NCBI GenBank assembly: GCA_040954595.2
Contig: CM082579.2
Coordinates: 15,352,550-15,416,549 of the forward strand
Length of the DNA: 64,000 bases
Direction of reading: 5' to 3'
DNA from: Balanoglossus misakiensis
Taxonomy: Eukaryota; Animalia; Hemichordata
The notes under the pieces are model-generated. The model was not told where the DNA came from, ran no database searches, and was given only the letters and a program-made list of their open reading frames with translations. Both the position numbers and the translations under genes were made by a program. Shown here one piece after another: positions 61,091 to 64,000 of this stretch (positions are counted from its first letter, which is position 1; the number at the start of each line of letters is the position of its first letter).

Positions 61091-63579
61091 CTGTACCAAT
61101 TGAAGACGCCCTTGTATAGGAGAATTTAGCTATGTACTGACTGTCTTTTCATTTTTTCTTCATCCTATAGAATCTACCGACCTGGTCGCTGTCAATAACA
61201 ATTCAACTCCTTAAACATCCTGTGTGTGTGAAGTCTATGAACACTGGCCATGCATTTCAATTCAAGGACAAAATGAATGCGCAATATTTCGTTTTATCGA
61301 GAGTAATGTGCAGTGATTAAATTTGCTAGGGCTCTCTTAGCAGATTTGGAGTTAGTCATTTTGGTAGAAACTTTTCGAGATGGGAAATCTTTGGTCATCT
61401 AACCAAGTTATTTGTATTTTTGTTATATAAGACAGAGTCATTTCTATATCATAGATGCAAGTTTAATTTATAACATGAATTTGAATAAAATATTTTTTTT
61501 AAATATCACCACATGAATTTGAATAAAATATTTTTTTTAAATATCACCAGATTGAAATCTTTGGAAGTTTGCACTTAGAGGGATGGCATGGCAGTTTTCC
61601 ACTGTTCATATTACAAAGAATTTGGCGTCACGTGTAGATTTCATGAGTGTTCGAGTTTTGCTCTTCCCAGCCTCGTACCCACAATCCTCTGATACTTACA
61701 CTTACGTCAGTTCTATAGCCGCTGACCAACTAGATTCTCCTTATGAATTGCCCAAATTATTTTTTGGTATAGTTTTGATAGTTAGTGCACGGAAACTTTT
61801 GATCGATTCACGAAATTCAAAATATGTTACATCACAAACCTCATAAAAAGGAGGCTAGAGTAGCCTGTTTGTTTTCAGGTAATTTTACAATTACCTCAAT
61901 TACCTTTTTTCGAGGGAGGGGGTTAAGAAAACATACAGATTGAAATAACAAGGAAGTGGTATATCAAACCGAAACCTTATCTCAATCGTGATTCTAGAGT
62001 GTTTCCATGTCATGTGACATCCACAAAAATGTGGTATTATCTTGAAAAGAGTCCCGATTTCCCAAACTGGTTTTGCGAATGTACTTCACTTTGGAGCAAT
62101 GCATGAGTACATTCGTAGAAAGATATTGCTCCACTATTTACTGACACTCCTCTTGTACTGCAAATATTACTGCATTCGGTCAGGGCAAGACAAAAGACAC
62201 AGCAGAACTGCCAGAATTAAAACAGACAACTGGCAATTTCAATAAAACATGTAATAACAAATATATGTAACATTGAATGAGGTGTCCATACAGCTTGGTC
62301 ATTTAAAGACCTCCAGTCATTGTGACAATGCATAAATATTTATGTACACCATATTAAAAATTAGTTCAGGCATACCTTATACATGTATGTTTTTGACTGA
62401 CCATATCCTCAGCACGCCCTTTTTTTCAAAAAGACTATCATTATTCTCTGCCAGGCAGAGAGTTGCCGCTTTCTTGTTAACAATAATATACTATTATAAC
62501 ATTGCATAGATTCCTGTTTGTTTCTGTCCATATCTCACAAACTGTGGTGTGCATACTGTTGAAATGACCTCAAGAAGAAAATGCCAAATGGAAAAATATT
62601 TGACATACTAACCTGTATGATAATGTTATACGGTACAATATATTTAACGGTTCCAATCCAATGTTGAGAACTAACAAAACAATTTGAGCAGAATTCATTT
62701 AAAATTAATTGCAGTTCCGTTTCACCGCATTTCATAGGATGCTGGCTAAAATTCATACTATGGTGGATTACCTGTTATGCATTTCTTTCCCTATTTCGTC
62801 TGGCAGATTTGAGTTTGACAAGCTGTCATTTTCCTTTCAGCTCCGCAAAATTGATGGATTTACTTTGACAGCACACAGACTGTCCATTTGTCATTGGAGA
62901 TACAAGCAGCATCAGTTGCTGAACAGCTTGCAGCAGTGTTGGAAAAGAGTACACAACACTAACTTGCAAGAGTGCTTTGGCCCTTTCTTCACACTGTCCG
63001 AAACTTGTTGTGTTACATCATTGCTTAATGAATAAGAAATACACAGGTATTTAGCGTTCTATTCAATACCTACAATAGATAAAAGGGTGTCGGTCTGTAT
63101 GCGACAATCTTCAATGTTCTTATGAGCACAAGGCTTTATTCAGGGAACGTTTTACAGTAAGAATTATATGATATAAACTGAATAAGTTTGTTGTCTGTCA
63201 ACTCTTCTGTCTTTGTCTTACCGATACGGTTCTAACCGCAAACACTGAGGCTTCTCTGCTCGTACACAGTATAAATCAATGGATGATAAAATGCGCCCTC
63301 TTTTGGTGAACTCTTCGTACCGCCCGACCTTCTACCTTACATTAAGGCATGTAGGGCGGTCAGGTAGATGGCAGTGTATTGCAAGCGTCTCTTGCATATT
63401 TTTTTCCGCCAGGAATGGCATACATTCGTTTTTGGCGACACCACAACTGCTGGAACTTCTCGAAAAATTGAGAGCCGGATTTCATAAATGCTCATGTTTT
63501 CCGAAGGGCTGAAAGAAGATCCAGAGTGGAATATTTAAATTTGCCTGTGGCAGACATCATAGTGGCTGCCAGTTATTCT

Positions 63580-63750
63580 ATTTCTTGTGCAAGAGATAGT
63601 ATCTTGTTCCAGCGAGATGTTTTCTCGTGTGCACGAGAAACATGCTATCTCGTGCATATCTCGTGCGCACGAGAAAATTGCGAGCGCACTCGTGTTCACG
63701 AGAAAATATCACATGCACACGTAAGTCGTGCGCACGAGATAAAAAAATGT
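63580..63750. repeat. Cluster of short palindromes TCTCGTGCGCACGAGA (probable MITE remnant)
   Basis: About 7 degenerate palindromic units in ~170 bp. Confidence 0.6.
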
Positions 63751-64000
63751 GCCCTGTAGTCTTTCTTAGGACATGGTAGCGTGACGTCGCATTGTAATTA
63801 ACGGACGATCTTGGAAATTCGGCTATTAATGGTGAATGGACTTTCGCCTCCTTCGAACAACAACAGAGACTGACGTCGCAACAATGACAGAAAAAGTGAA
63901 GCAAATGGCCGACAAAACGAAGAGAATCGGAAAACGGGCAGGATCCTCGGCACAGACATCTGGGAATAATACCACCACATCAAATAGAACGACGAGTAGT

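Noticed and set aside
61474-61548. Short tandem duplication (also ~8717-8793)
   Set aside because: Ordinary two-copy local duplications with no further structure.

Overview
Eukaryotic, AT-rich, intron-containing DNA from a metazoan (probably a marine invertebrate). No prokaryotic features and no CRISPR. 3.1-12.2 kb (- strand) holds the last 15 exons of an Uninflatable/SVEP1-like type I membrane protein gene (pentraxin/LamG, HYR, CCP, RRKR furin site, 4 ephrin-receptor-like Cys repeats, 2 EGF, TM, NPxY tail); one of its splice acceptors is broken (CAG>CAT). From 12.4 to 58 kb lies a dense nest of mobile elements: Helentron-type non-autonomous elements, Merlin-, Harbinger-, Kolobok- and piggyBac-like MITEs, a 5'-truncated L2/CR1 LINE inside a 309-bp tandem array, a young full-length Mag-type Gypsy element, and a foldback element carrying a BEL/Pao 5' end. 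The most unusual content is 14.4-37.1 kb. There, four broken, partly complementary copies of one spliced gene together reconstruct a ~280-aa tandem OB-fold protein whose inter-OB linker resembles the HIN-200 domain. The copies sit tail-to-tail and head-to-head around a small C4 zinc-ribbon ORF, with exon-sized inversions. At 58.3-61.3 kb there is a divergent promoter region and an internally deleted secreted pentraxin gene. All family assignments are by eye and from memory; no searches were run.
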